From the human T2T-CHM13v2.0 reference genome, Homo sapiens: a DNA stretch of 64,000 bases. The notes below the pieces were generated by a model that had not been told where the DNA came from, made no database searches, and saw only the letters and a program-made list of their open reading frames with translations. Numbering within the stretch: the stretch's first letter is position 1; the number at the start of each line of letters is the position of its first letter. The stretch is taken from the NCBI RefSeq assembly GCF_009914755.1, contig NC_060926.1, one strand, 5' to 3'. Below are positions 13,253 through 25,494 of this stretch, in pieces. The position numbers and the translations under genes were made by a program.

Positions 13253-13871
13253 TAAAATCATAAGCTCTTTCTTACATACATGAGAGAATGTAATGGGTCA
13301 AGAATAAAAAAGACAAATTTGTGGAAGCAAAACAAAATTGGAAGAATTTTATTACCAGATATGAAAACTTTATGTAAGCTACACCTATTAAGATCATGTA
13401 GTGTTGGGGTAAGACAAACTAATGCATCAAGAGAGTGGAATAGAGAATCTAAAAAAGACTGTACACATATATGGTCACTTGATTTATATCAAAGGAGAGT
13501 CTGTGTTATAGTGTGGAGAGAATTATTTTTTCAATAACCAATGCTGAATCAATTGAATATCTGCATAGAAAAATATTGAATCTTGACATATTCCTCATGT
13601 TATTTGCAAAATGAATTTCAGAAGTACTGTAAATATAAATGCAAATTTTAAATAAGCAATAAGACTTCTGGAAGAAAATGTATTAGAGTATCTTTATAGT
13701 CTTGGGGTTGGCAATGATCTCTTATAATAAACATAAAAATATAAAACATGAAATAAAAAATCGATGGATAAACTACATTAAAATGTTAAATATCTATTAA
13801 TTAAAAGACATCATTACTGAGTGAAAAGGTAAACAAGAAGTGGGAAAAGAATACAGTTGTATGCATACACA

Positions 13872-14970
13872 CAGTTGATCTTTGACATGTTTGAACTGCA
13901 CGATTCCACTTATATGCAAATTTTTAAAATAAATATATTGGAAAATTTTTTGGAGATTTGAGACAATTTGAAAAAATGTGCAGATGAACCACGTAGCCTT
14001 ATTTTAAAATTAGAATTTTTTAAAAGAACAGAATTATTTTAAAAAATTAAGAAAAGGTATGTCATGACTGCATAAAATGTATAAAAATCTATTTAGATAC
14101 TATTTCATCATTTACTACCATAAAATATACACAGATATAAACAGTTAAAATCTATCAAATTTTATGCATATAAACATAGACTGTACATACAATCATTTGT
14201 GGTCAAGAGAAATGTAAACAAATGTAAATATGAACTATAGGACCTACTACTGTATAAAAAGAACTACAGGGCCTACTACTGCATAAAATGAACTATAGGA
14301 CCTACTACTGTAATAATTTTGTAGCTATCTCCTATAGGTTAGCATGCAGTTAGCTCAAGTGCTGTGAGTATCCACTTAAAATACTACATGATGTTAATCA
14401 TTTCTGCATGAGCAGTTTCTCTCTCTAGTAAATTGTATATCACATCAAAAAGTGATCTCTCATAGTTCTCATGTATTTTTCATTGTACTTAGTTCAATAC
14501 TATAAACCTCGAATAACACCACAGGACCCTTATGAAATGGCTCTACTGATGCTGGAGGACTTAAGCAGAGAAAAGACATGACATTACAAGAAAAAGTTGA
14601 ATTGCTTGATATGTACTATGGGTTGAGGTCTGCAGCTGCAGTTGCCTGCAGTTGTCTGCAGCTGCAGACAGATGATTTGCCTTGTAAGCAGACAGAGTAT
14701 TAATACAATGCAGTAGTATAAATATATTTTCTCTTCCTTATAATTTCCTTCATAACCTTTTCTTTAGTTTCTTAACTGTAATAATTTGGTATATAATACA
14801 TACAACATAAAAAATACACGTTAATTGACTGTTTATGGTATCAGTAAGGCTTCCAGTCTACAGTAGGCTATTAGTAGTTAAGTTTTGGGGGAGTCAGAAG
14901 TTATACATGGATTTTACACTTTAGGGGTGATTGGTGTCCCTTAGCCTTCACGTTGTTCAAGGGTCAACTA
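13872..14970 (+). mobile_element. Tigger2b-like non-autonomous TcMar DNA transposon
   Basis: TIRs CAGTTGATCTTTGA / TTCAAGGGTCAACTA; ~1.1 kb. Confidence 0.85.
14230..14316. repeat. 3 x 29-bp tandem repeat inside the Tigger element
   Basis: Units resembling ATGAACTATAGGACCTACTACTGTATAAA. Confidence 0.85.
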
Positions 14971-15590
14971 TGTAAGTGTGTGTCTGTATGTGTGTATAAC
15001 TACATGTATGTATGACATGCATCCAGAATATATGAATAACTATTATGAACCAATAAAAGGAAGACAACCAAGTAAGAAAGTGAACACATTGAATAGACAA
15101 TTTATAAAAGAGAATATCAAAATAGCCAATACATTTAAAAAATGCTAATTTTTTTAGTCCTTGAAACCACAATGAGACCACAACTCATCTGCCAAATGGC
15201 TAAAATAAAAAATAAAATTAAAACAATAAAAGACAGTGTCAAACGTGGGCGATACTTTGGCACAATGGAAACCCTCAAGTACTATTACTGGCAGTGTACA
15301 TTTGTGCAGAAACTTTAGATAAATTTTGTGGCAGTTTCCACTCAAGTGGAATAAAAGCATAGGTGATGACTCATTGGTTCCATTTCCATGCAATACGGAC
15401 TTACGTGCAAAGAAAGATGTGTACAAGAATATACATAAGAGCACTACTAACAATATCCCTAAACTAGAAACAATCCAAATGTTTAATTGTGGGTTGATAA
15501 AGTGTTATGTAGCCATGGGACAGAATATCATACAATGAAAATGATACAAATATGTTTAGATCCAAGAAGGATTAATGTAGCAAGCACATA

Positions 15591-15897
15591 CAGATGATCC
15601 CTGACTGTTGATGGTGTGATTTATGAGTTTTTGATTTTACAATGGTGCAAAGTGATACACATCAAGATTCTCCTCAACTTATGATGATATGTGTGAATAA
15701 AGCCATTGTAACTTGAAAACATTTCAAGTTACTACGGGTTTACTCAGACATATTTATCTAAAGTTTCTGTACCAGTTTAGACTCCCAAGACATTGTTTTC
15801 AAGTTACAATTTAAGAAACACAATTTCCACCTATAAAATTTTCAATTTATGAGAGATTTATCAGGATGTAACCTCATCATAAATTAAGAAGGATCTG
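15591..15897 (-). mobile_element. MER47-family Tigger MITE (internally rearranged)
   Basis: CAGATGATCCCTGAC / AAGGATCTG termini. Confidence 0.65.
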
Positions 15898-15937
15898 TGT
15901 ATACTACTTTCTTGCCTATGACTTATTTTGCTTAATA

Positions 15938-16294
15938 CAGATGTTCTTCAACTTGCAGTGAGGTTGTGTCACAATAAACTCATTTTAAACTGAAAATATT
16001 GTAAGTTGAAAACACATTTAATACATCTAACCTAGCAAACATTATCGCCTAGCCTACCTTAAGTGTATTCAGAACACTTACATTATCCTCCAATTGGGCA
16101 AAATCACCTAACACAAGGCCTATTTTGTAATAAATCCTGAATATTTTATGTAATTTATTGAATACTGTACTGAAAGTAAAAAACAGATGGTGTGTGGGTA
16201 CTCGGAGTATGGTTTCTATAGAAAACTTACTGCTTTCACAACATCTAAAGTAAAAAACTCATAAGTCAAATGATTGTAAATTGAGGACTGTCTG
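15938..16294 (+). mobile_element. MER47A-like Tigger MITE
   Basis: CAGATGTTCTTCAACTT..GAGGACTGTCTG; ~357 bp. Confidence 0.75.
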
Positions 16295-16684
16295 TGTTTT
16301 ATGACAATGTAAAGTTCAACAATAGGGCACTGCTAATCTTTTTCTGTATCTTAAACTATCTGATGTACAATTATGACATGTAATTTTCTATATGTATAAT
16401 ATATAAAGTTTTACTGAAAAAACATACATTTGCACATTTGCACATACATTTGCACATTTCTAGATATCTATTTCCTAGGAATCCATATAATGAAAATTAA
16501 ATATCAGCCAGCACCTAAGAACATATATATAAAGATGTTAATTGCAATATAATTTTTTAAAAAGTAAATGCCCTTCAATACGGAACTGTTGAATAAATAA
16601 TAATATGTGCACATAGTGATTACTATGCAGCCACTAAAAAGAATTTTACTTGTAAGGATTTAATGAAATATCATCATGTGAATA

Positions 16685-18614
16685 TGTCACAGGATCCTTC
16701 AGGTGTTGCTTCACCAGCCAGAAACCTTTGTGGCCAGCAGAACCTCAGCTCGAGTTTTTCTTGTGCCCTCTGGGCTCATTCTGCACACTCGGCCCGACAG
16801 GCTGCATTTAGCTTACGCTACCAGCTCGTATCCCACGCCTGCCAAGGGAGAGTCAGGCATGGAGCGGCAAGAAGTGTGTAAGCGAGTGGGTGCGGAAGCC
16901 GGCCACTGTGCACAGCCAGGCATTCTGGCTGCTGTGGTGGGGTGGGAAGCTCCAGGCACTGGCACATGTGCCAGCTACATGCAAGGCTGAAGCTGGAACA
17001 GACATAGAGCAAGCACCCTCTGCTGTGGGCACCAGCATCTGGACAAGAGGAATGCAATGGCACTTGAAAGCTCGGAGACGCCACAAACCACAGAGCCCCA
17101 GAGAGGATGTTACAACATGTCACAGCCCTGACCTGGGGAGCCCTGAGGTCTGGGGTTTCAGAAGGGCTACAGCTCTTCTTTCCTTCTTGTCACCTGCAGC
17201 GCAGCGAGCTGGGTGGCAGGCAGGGTGGAGGGCATGTTTCAGGAGGAGTATTTAAGTCCGTTTGTGTAACAGTTCTTTCAGTCCTTCTGCCCTCAGCCAG
17301 GCCTGCAGCTCCTGGGCTGGCCAAGCCCTGCCACTGCTTCTTGTTGCAAGAGGTGCCTGCCCAGTGCTGGCAAAGGGCCAGAGAGCTATAGTGTTACAGC
17401 AGCTCTGGCTTGGGGGAATCCTGAGGTATGGGCCCCCAGCAGAGTCACCACCCTTCACTCCCACAGTCTGGGAGTGTGTCACTGCCTGCAGCTCAATAAG
17501 CCATCCAGGAACCTATTACAGCCCCTTTAGCTGCCACTGGCACCTCTGCGAGCCAGCCAGGAATGTGTTACAGTTCCTTTCATTCCTGGTGTTTAGCAGG
17601 TCCCAAGTTCTTGTCCTATGTCCAGGAAGAATGAGGTTGTGTGGACAAATGGAAGGTGAGCAAGGGAGAAAGCTTTATTGATAGAACACCTCTCAGCAGA
17701 GAGGAGACCTGAAGTGGGTGGCTCCTATCTGCAAGCAGGTCTTGCTGATGAATATCTGAGTCTGACTAAGTCCAGGGGTTTTTATGGGCTCAAAAGAGAG
17801 GAAGGTCATGCTTATTGATCCATGGATGGGAGGAAGTATGTGCTGTTTGGTCCATGGGCAGCCATGGGCAGGCCTGGAAAAAGCACCATCTCGTCACAGA
17901 AGGCATCAAGGAAGTTCTCACTCCAGGTTGTGGACTCCACTGGGAACTGGAAGCCCAGTGCCCAGGCTTCAGGCTGTCCCTGGCTTGAAGGTGGGATTTC
18001 ACAGGGGAACAGCCCCCTCCCGCCTAGGAACCTGTCTGCCTCCCACTGCCATCAACATGCCATCCACAGAGTCCAGGATGTCTGCACCGAGGGGCACCCA
18101 CAAACCCATACTAAGCCACCCTCAGCCCCCTGGGCTCCCTCCCATGACCGTCAGCACCCAATGTTTTAGCCTCAGAAGCAGTTTCCAGAGGAGGCCAAGC
18201 CAGCAGGAGACTGGTATGTCAGCACCACCCTAAGTGCACACATGCCCAGCTGGGTAGCAAGAGTGCCTGGGCTCAGCTATCGGGACATGTCCACAACTTT
18301 GTTCTGCTGCAGAGTAGCACTGGGAGCAGGGAGAGGCCAGGGAGTGGGAGCAGGCACTTCCAAGCCTGTGGGTGCAGGGGTCTTCCTAGGCCCCCGAGAG
18401 TACAGGGATGACTGGATCCAGAGCTGTGACTGGGTGGCTGCAGCTGCACCCAGGAGCACAGTCTCTGCCAACTAAATAGGGTGTGGGGCTCCCACTGGGA
18501 TCACCTGTTCCCAGCGCCTGTCATCTTTGCAGATCGCGCAGCCCTGGCTGTGCCTCCCCTGCTGCAGCTGATGTCCTTGCAGCTGCCACTCCAGATGGGC
18601 CACTACTGCCATCA
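16685..18614 (-). mobile_element. MER52 (A/D-like) solo ERV1 LTR
   Basis: TGTCACAGGATCCTT / CTGCCATCA termini; 4-bp TSD AATA; GC-rich. Confidence 0.88.
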
Positions 18615-19361
18615 AATAGATCAAGATGCTGAAAAATGAGGAAATACATATAGAATATCATTCATTTTTTAATAAAAATAATCAAAGAGTTACATCTTTA
18701 AGCATATATATGACTATGTATTTCATATAATATATATTTTATATATTATTGTGAGATTGTGGAGAAATTTTGAGTAGTGCCTACATTCCTGGATAGAAGG
18801 TGATGATTGATATGAGTGGAAAGATGAATAAAGGAAAAGAATTAGAAAATCTAAATAAAAAATACAACACCAATATATATGACTAAATTAATTTATTTTC
18901 TGTCACAGTGAATAAACATATATGTATATATAATGATAAAATAGAAAGATGAAAGTATAAAGAACTTTAAAGAAAGTATGAAAGACCAAAAGTAAGTACA
19001 GAGAAAAATTACAGGCCAACCTTATTCTGACCATAGAGGCAAAATATGTTTTAAAATATTAACAAACCAAATTGAAATATTTGTTTTAAAAAATATATCA
19101 TGGCCATATCAAGTTGTCCCAATAATGTAAAGACAGTTTATATTTTAAAATAAACATGTAACTTGCTATATTTAGAAATTAAAGAAAAAGAAATAAACCA
19201 TTATGTCAAATATATGAAAAGCATTTGTAATATTCATTAATGGTAACAATTGATAGCAAACTAATAATAGATGGCAACTCTTTCAGCCTAGTATAAGACA
19301 TCTACCAAAATTTTACATCAGTTATTATTAATAATGGAAACATAGGAGAAGTATTGATAAT

Positions 19362-22300
19362 GGAGACATATGATATCAGCAAAATGGCAGAAGAGGAGTT
19401 CCCTGGTATAACTCACCCCACTAAAGTACAACTAGCAATTATCAGTAGACAAGAATACCACCCTGAACTTGCCAGAACTCTGAGGAGAAGCAGAAAACCC
19501 CTGTGGGTTTGAAAAATGACAAAAGCTGCAACTAATAAGAGGGATGGCTATTTCAGACTTCACTACCCCTCCCCTAAACTAACATAATGCCACTTACAGA
19601 GAATTCCTATCAACCCATAGTTTCTCAGGTGGGAGGAGGGAATTGAAGGTGGATATTTGATCTCCTCACTGGTCCAGCAATCTTCCCAGGAAGATGGGAA
19701 ATGCTTTAGTCTCATCTGCTGGAAGCACTGGAAGTGCCAGTAGGGCTCCAGTCCCATCTCATGGAAGCACTGGGAGTGCCCATAGGGCCAAACCACCTGG
19801 GGTAAATTGGAGACAAAGATCAGGAGCACTGATTGCAGTGACTGGTGTGCAGATCTTAGTGGCTACTCTACCACTGATCAGGGGGGTCATCATGCTGAGG
19901 AGACTAACCAGCACAATTACAGTGCAGGGGGCATGGTTCATGTGTCTCCTAGGCCAAAGTTTCTGGCTGGCTTTCACACATGGTTCAGGTGCTCTTCTTG
20001 AGTCTTACCCTGACTAGGAAGCAACTAAAACTTCAGTAATTATTTTTCAATGTTCAGATTAAGTCTTCTCCAGAGTTGAAAAGAACTTCAAGTCATTGGT
20101 TTAGCTCTGGTGCAGCATTTGAGGTCTGGTGCTCACTATAAGTGTTCCCCAGAACAGAACTTAACTGCAGGCCAGCAGTTAAATTCTGACATTAAATAGT
20201 AAAAGTTTAATGCCACAAAATAATATCTTCACAAGATAAAAGTGGTGACTGTCTCCTTAAATCCACAAGCATTAACATAAACACACAATGATTGTGAAAA
20301 ATCAGGAAAATATGATACCACTGTAATGCCAAAGGTCCTTGCCTTAGCCACACCAAAGAATTGGTGTGGCAGCTGCCCGTGAGAAGTGACAGAGACACAG
20401 ACTGATAGAGAAAGCTGTAGGCTTTATTCAGCAGAGTGAAAGCATAAAGCTTCCACAGCGTGGAAGGGGTCTCGAACGGGTAGACAGAGTTAGATTATGC
20501 AGTTGCCTTTTAAACTCTTTGAGGTGGGAAATATGTGCAGAGAGAAGACGTTACCAGAGCGAGAAACAAAGGCAGTAAATTATTTTGTGACATGTCTTAG
20601 ATTTTGAGGAAAACTGGAATTGCAACTTAGGTTTTATCTACTTTATGACCTTGCAGTGACATGGCAAAGGAGACAGGATCTCACATGACTTTACAAAGTG
20701 TGTTTACAAGGAATTGGAATTAGGAGCATAGGTAAGGTCCACTGGTCCTTATCTACCCATTAGAAAAATGGGCATTTAACATTCCTTTTAGTTTTAGGGG
20801 AGGAGGAAGGGAGAAAGGGAGAGAGGGCACAGGGAAGCTTACAGCAAAATTTTCTCTGTTTATAGCTTTTTTGGGGAAGAAAACACATGCACAAATCCTC
20901 ATGTTAGGAATATTTTAAGCATATATCTTCAATATTATCCAGGACCGAAGTAAGTCCTGACGCAGGAAATGAGTGAGTTTCACAGCTTTCTGAGCCCCTA
21001 CTTGACCCAGGAAGCCCAGCTGGCCCCTCCTTTCACCACCAAGGTAAACAAATAAAGCTCCCATAATGGATTCAGAAGAATTGAAGATCTATGAACTGAC
21101 TGACAAAGAATTCCAAAAGATCCTCTTAAAACAATTCAGGGCATCACAAGAAAATATGTTTAGAAAATTAAATAAATTTTAGAAAACAATTTATGGTGTT
21201 CACAAAAACATTTGACAGAGGAATAGAAATAAAGAAACAAATTAAAACCCTAAAACTAAAAAATATAATAGCTGAATTGAAAAACTCAATAGAAAGCCTT
21301 GAAAGCAGACTTAAACATAGGAAAGCATCAGTAAGGTCAAAGGACGTATAAAATTGTTCAAGTAGGGAAGTAAAAATAATAAATAAAAATAAACACCACG
21401 GGAATCATGGGACACCATCAAGTGATCTAAACTTCACATAATGTAAAGTTCTTGAAAGAGGTAAGAGAGAAAAAAGCCTAGAAATAATATTTTTAAAAAT
21501 AATGACTAAAACTTTTCTGTATCTGGGGAAAAATAACAACATACAGGTACAGGAAGCTCAGAGATCACCAATCAAATGTAAGACAAAGAATAATTCCCCA
21601 ACAAATCCTTAAAAATCAGAGACAAAGAAAGAATACTGAATGTAGCAAGAGGAAAAAACATGTCACATTCAATGGAGTACCAGTACAACTTTCAGTGGAT
21701 TTCCTGGCAGAAATCCTACAAACTAAGAGAGAGTGGGATGATACATTCAAAGCACTGAAGAAAAAAAAAAAACCTTCCAACCAATGATACTTTACCCACA
21801 AAAACTATACTTCAAATTAAAAGAGAGATAAAGACTTTTCCAGACAAACAAAAGCTGAGGAAGTTCATCACTACCAGACCTGGCTTACAGGTAACACTCC
21901 AGGCTGGAGAAAAAAAAAAAAAACAACATTAATAAGTAATACAAAAACATCTGAAAAATATAATACTTACTCGTCAAAGTATGCTAATAGCCAAATTCAG
22001 AAAACTCTAAAAGTGTAATGATGGTAGGTAAATCACTTAATATTCTTAGTGTAATGGTTAAGTGATAAAACACTGAAAAATAATAGTAAGTATGATTCTA
22101 TTTTAAAGAATATGCCATATAAAAATGTAAATTGTGACATGAAAAGTTCTAAATATGGGGTGACAGTAAACTTAAAATATAACTTTTTTTAAGAGATCAA
22201 GTTTAAGTTGATAGAAGCCCAAAATAACCTATTCTAACTACAAGACACTGTCTGTAATCCTTATGGTAACCAGGAAGCACAAAACCTGCCTTTAGTTTAG

Positions 22301-23240
22301 TAGATAATGTAAAAATAAAAGGCAAGGAATCAAAGTAGAATACTAGAGAAAATCACAACCATCAGGGAAGACACTAAGAAGGAAAGTAATAAAGAATCTA
22401 CAAAATGACAGTAAAATAATTAACACAATGGCAGTAGTCGGTTATTACCAATCAATAATCACACTGAATACAAATGTATTAAATTCTCCAATTAAGACAC
22501 AGAATGACTGAATGGATAAAAAATAAAGACCCAACAATATGTTGCATACAGGAGACTCACTTTACCTGTAAGAATACTCACAGATTGAAAGTGAAGGGAT
22601 AGAAAAAAATATTCCATGCAAATGAAAACCAGAACAGAGCTGGGGCAGCTATACTTATATCAGATAAAATAGACTTTTCAGGTTAAAAATTTGAAATTTT
22701 CTTTTCCTCTTAAAAAGAGGCAGAGAAAGTCTTTATATAATGATAATGGTATCTATTCAATATATATGTACCCAGCATAGGAGCACCTAAATATATGGAA
22801 CAAATATTAATAGACCTAAAGGGAGAGATAGACTACAATACAATAATAGTAGGAAACTTCAACACTCCATTCTCAGCAATTGACAGATGATCATCCAGGC
22901 AGAAAATCAACAGAGAAACACTAGATTTAAACTGTACTCTAGACCAAATGGATGTAACAGACATTTATAGAACATTCCATCCAATAGCTACTGAATACAC
23001 ATTCTTCTCAAGTGCACACAGGACATTTTCCAGGATACATTATATGTTAGGCCACAAAACATATCTTAACAAATTTAAGAAGACTGAAAACATCACCAGC
23101 ATCATTTTTAACCGCAATGGTATAAAACTAGAAATTGATAACAGGAGGACATTCAGAAACTTTACAAATACATGAAAATTAAACAACATACTATTGAATA
23201 ATCAATGAGCGAATGAAAAAAGTAAAGGAGATATTAGAAA
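19362..23240 (+). mobile_element. L1M (L1MA-era) 5'UTR, ORF1 and ORF2 endonuclease; 3' part missing
   Basis: AAAATGGCAGAAGAGG 5' end; ORF1 remnants 21060-21900; ORF2 ATG at 22428; ORF 22948-23175 is EN domain (DIYRTFHP..FSRIHYMLGHK). Confidence 0.82.
20322..21035 (-). mobile_element. Solo ERV1 LTR (LTR30-like)
   Basis: Minus strand starts TGAAAGGAGGGGCCAGCTGGGCTTCCTGGG; 714 bp; TSD CCAC. Confidence 0.75.
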
Positions 23241-23639
23241 TAGTCTCTGTAAAATCAGGGATAAGTCAAGAATATGCTTATTGAATGTATGATGACTACT
23301 AAAGTTTCTAAACAGTGTAGCAAGTTAAGAAAAGAGAGAAGAAGGACATTGCCGTCTTTCAAAATGATGAAACTGGTAACATATAAAGGGCAAAATCTAA
23401 GAGAAAATTATAATTAAAAAAGGTTTATTTAATATAAACATGATAAACTTATGTCAAACTTATGCCTTAAAGGTAAAGACAAAAGTTCTATTTCTTATCT
23501 TTCAAGGAGCCTTGACTTCAGGAGGATAATAAAATTTCACAAGTCATTGAAGTCTGGCATAGCTTTGTCTTTTCCAGTTTATTCAGGACGTCGCACATCT
23601 ACAATTGCTAAAGTACTAGTATGTAACTACACCTTCTCA

Positions 23640-24240
23640 GCAATAAGTTATGTATTAGGAGTTAGAGACACAAAGTGTTGCCCTCAAAGAATTTACAATA
23701 TATTATGGGGAAGATTCATAAGTGGTGTAATACAATAAAATGTTTAGACAATATTATAAATGTATGTTCACAATACATTGGAGGCATAAAGATGCTAATA
23801 AGTTGGCCTGAGCTGATTAAGAGATGTCTTTACAAAGGATTTGGAGCTAAGTTGGGAGACAGATTGGGAAATGGCATTCCAGGCAGAAGAAATAGAGGCA
23901 TATCATTGAAATATGAGGTGACTGAAATATTTCAAAGAAGCATGGGTGTAAGAGGAATGTGGAAAGTACCTCATGAGAGAAAGAAAAAAGAGCTGGATTA
24001 TAGAGAGTTATTTGTAGTATAATAAGCCACATAGACATTGACCAAAGGCTATGGAGACCCATTCAACAGGCTTAAGCAGAAAAGACCTCAGATTTGTATT
24101 TTAATAACATAGAATTGAAGGTAGGGTAATAAAGGCAAGGAAGAGATAGCTATGGCACAAAAAGGAGGTGAACTGAAAATATATGTGGCTCTGGTTTGGG
24201 GACAAAGATGATGAGAAGAGTTAGCAAATCAATTAATCTG
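23640..24240 (-). mobile_element. L2 3' remnant
   Basis: TGCCCTCAAAGAATTTACAAT and GGCATTCCAGGCAGAAGAAATAG motifs. Confidence 0.6.
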
Positions 24241-24269
24241 ATGCACCTGTAGGATCACCAGGCTAAGAT

Positions 24270-24442
24270 CATTAGACCTGCAACAGGAAGGGATGGGGCA
24301 AGGGTTGAAAAACTATTGGTAGTATGCTTACAACCTGGGTGATGGGGTCATCCATACCATATACATCAGCATCACACAATATACCCATGGAACAAACCTG
24401 CACATGCACCCTCTGAATCCAAAATAAAAGTTGAAAAAAAAA
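24270..24442 (+). mobile_element. Short L1PA15/16-like 3' end
   Basis: AAACCTGCACATGCACCCTCTGAATCCAAAATAAAAGTTGAAAAAAAA. Confidence 0.8.
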
Positions 24443-25202
24443 TAGTATCTGACATAAGGTGTTTATTATTTCACATAAATCTGTAAGCCCATTTCCCCCT
24501 CTTTCTCAAAGATAGTATTCATTTGACCTTGGGTGGATATATTTTTTATGTTAAGTCAAGCAGATGATCTCCTGGAAACATATAATTGGTTGAGAAACCA
24601 CAAATTAGTCTCTATTGATAATTTGAACTTAATATGTAACCTTGGGAGTTATAATGTGATCATGCCTTGTAGCTTTCTTTCTTTTGGTCAAGGCCCAGCT
24701 ATGCTGTATTTCTACCTTTTACTCATAAATTCTTATATTTAATGTTTACATTTTTCCTTGACTTGGTTTGTGTTTCTTTGAACAAAAAAACTCAATTTAT
24801 ACAATACATATGAGTTAAATCTCTTGATTGTAGCAAATGTTTCAGTATTACTTGAATGTAAAGGTGACTACAGTGAACTGTTCAACATTTCTATCAATAA
24901 TATTTTAGTTCTTAATTATGAGCAGAAGAGAATAAAATCAGATAGAAGGCTGAGTAGTTCATGCAAAGCAGACCTACCTCAAAGTTGTCTCTTTTATAAA
25001 GACTTCTTAAATGCTCAATATACACAGCTATTCAATGTCCTCCTTTTTGGCTCTCAAAACATTGGGTCTCAGATATTTAGATGTTCTTGTCCAGTTAAGA
25101 GCAGAGAATCTAAATATATCCCAGAATTTCCCACCTTATCATCTATATCACCATATTTCCATAAAGTAAAGAATTATCTTCACTTAAAAAAAATCAGGAA
25201 AA

Positions 25203-25307
25203 GGCTGATCTGAAGATGATGAGTTATCTCAATTGATTGTTCAGCCAGTTACAGATCCAACTCCTTGCTCTATTCTTTCCTCTCTTCTCACTACTGCACT
25301 TGGCTAG
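25203..25307 (+). pseudogene. Y1 RNA (RNY1-derived) processed pseudogene
   Basis: GGCTGATCTGAAGATGATGAGTTATCTCAATTGATTGTTCA..CTCACTACTGCACTTGGCTAG matches hY1 end to end; TSD AAAAAAAATCAG(G/A)AAAA at 25186-25202 and 25311-25327. Confidence 0.93.
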
Positions 25308-25494
25308 GAAAAAAAAAATCAGAAAAAACCTTTATTTTAGAATTAAGTTCAGTTCCTTCAATTAAACATATTTCACTTTATGCAAAATATCTCTACATTT
25401 TTCTTTTTTTATAATCAACTGAAACCAAAGCCCTGGTCTTATAGCACTTGTAATTCTTCATTTTTAGCAACTATTATTAATTCATTGTTGGTAT

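Larger units (their letters stand above)
12060..15590 (+). mobile_element. Old L1M ORF2/3' remnant hosting L1PA16-like and Tigger insertions
   Basis: Degenerate ORF2 (ORF 13280-13537, KQNKIGRILLPDMK); colinear across the nested inserts. Confidence 0.65.

Noticed and set aside
16663-18475. Dense overlapping ORFs up to 149 aa
   Set aside because: All lie in the GC-rich MER52 LTR; stop-poor composition and no recognisable domain.
24824-25213. 129-aa ORF in non-repeat DNA
   Set aside because: TTG start, AT-rich, with no domain similarity or splice context I can recognise.
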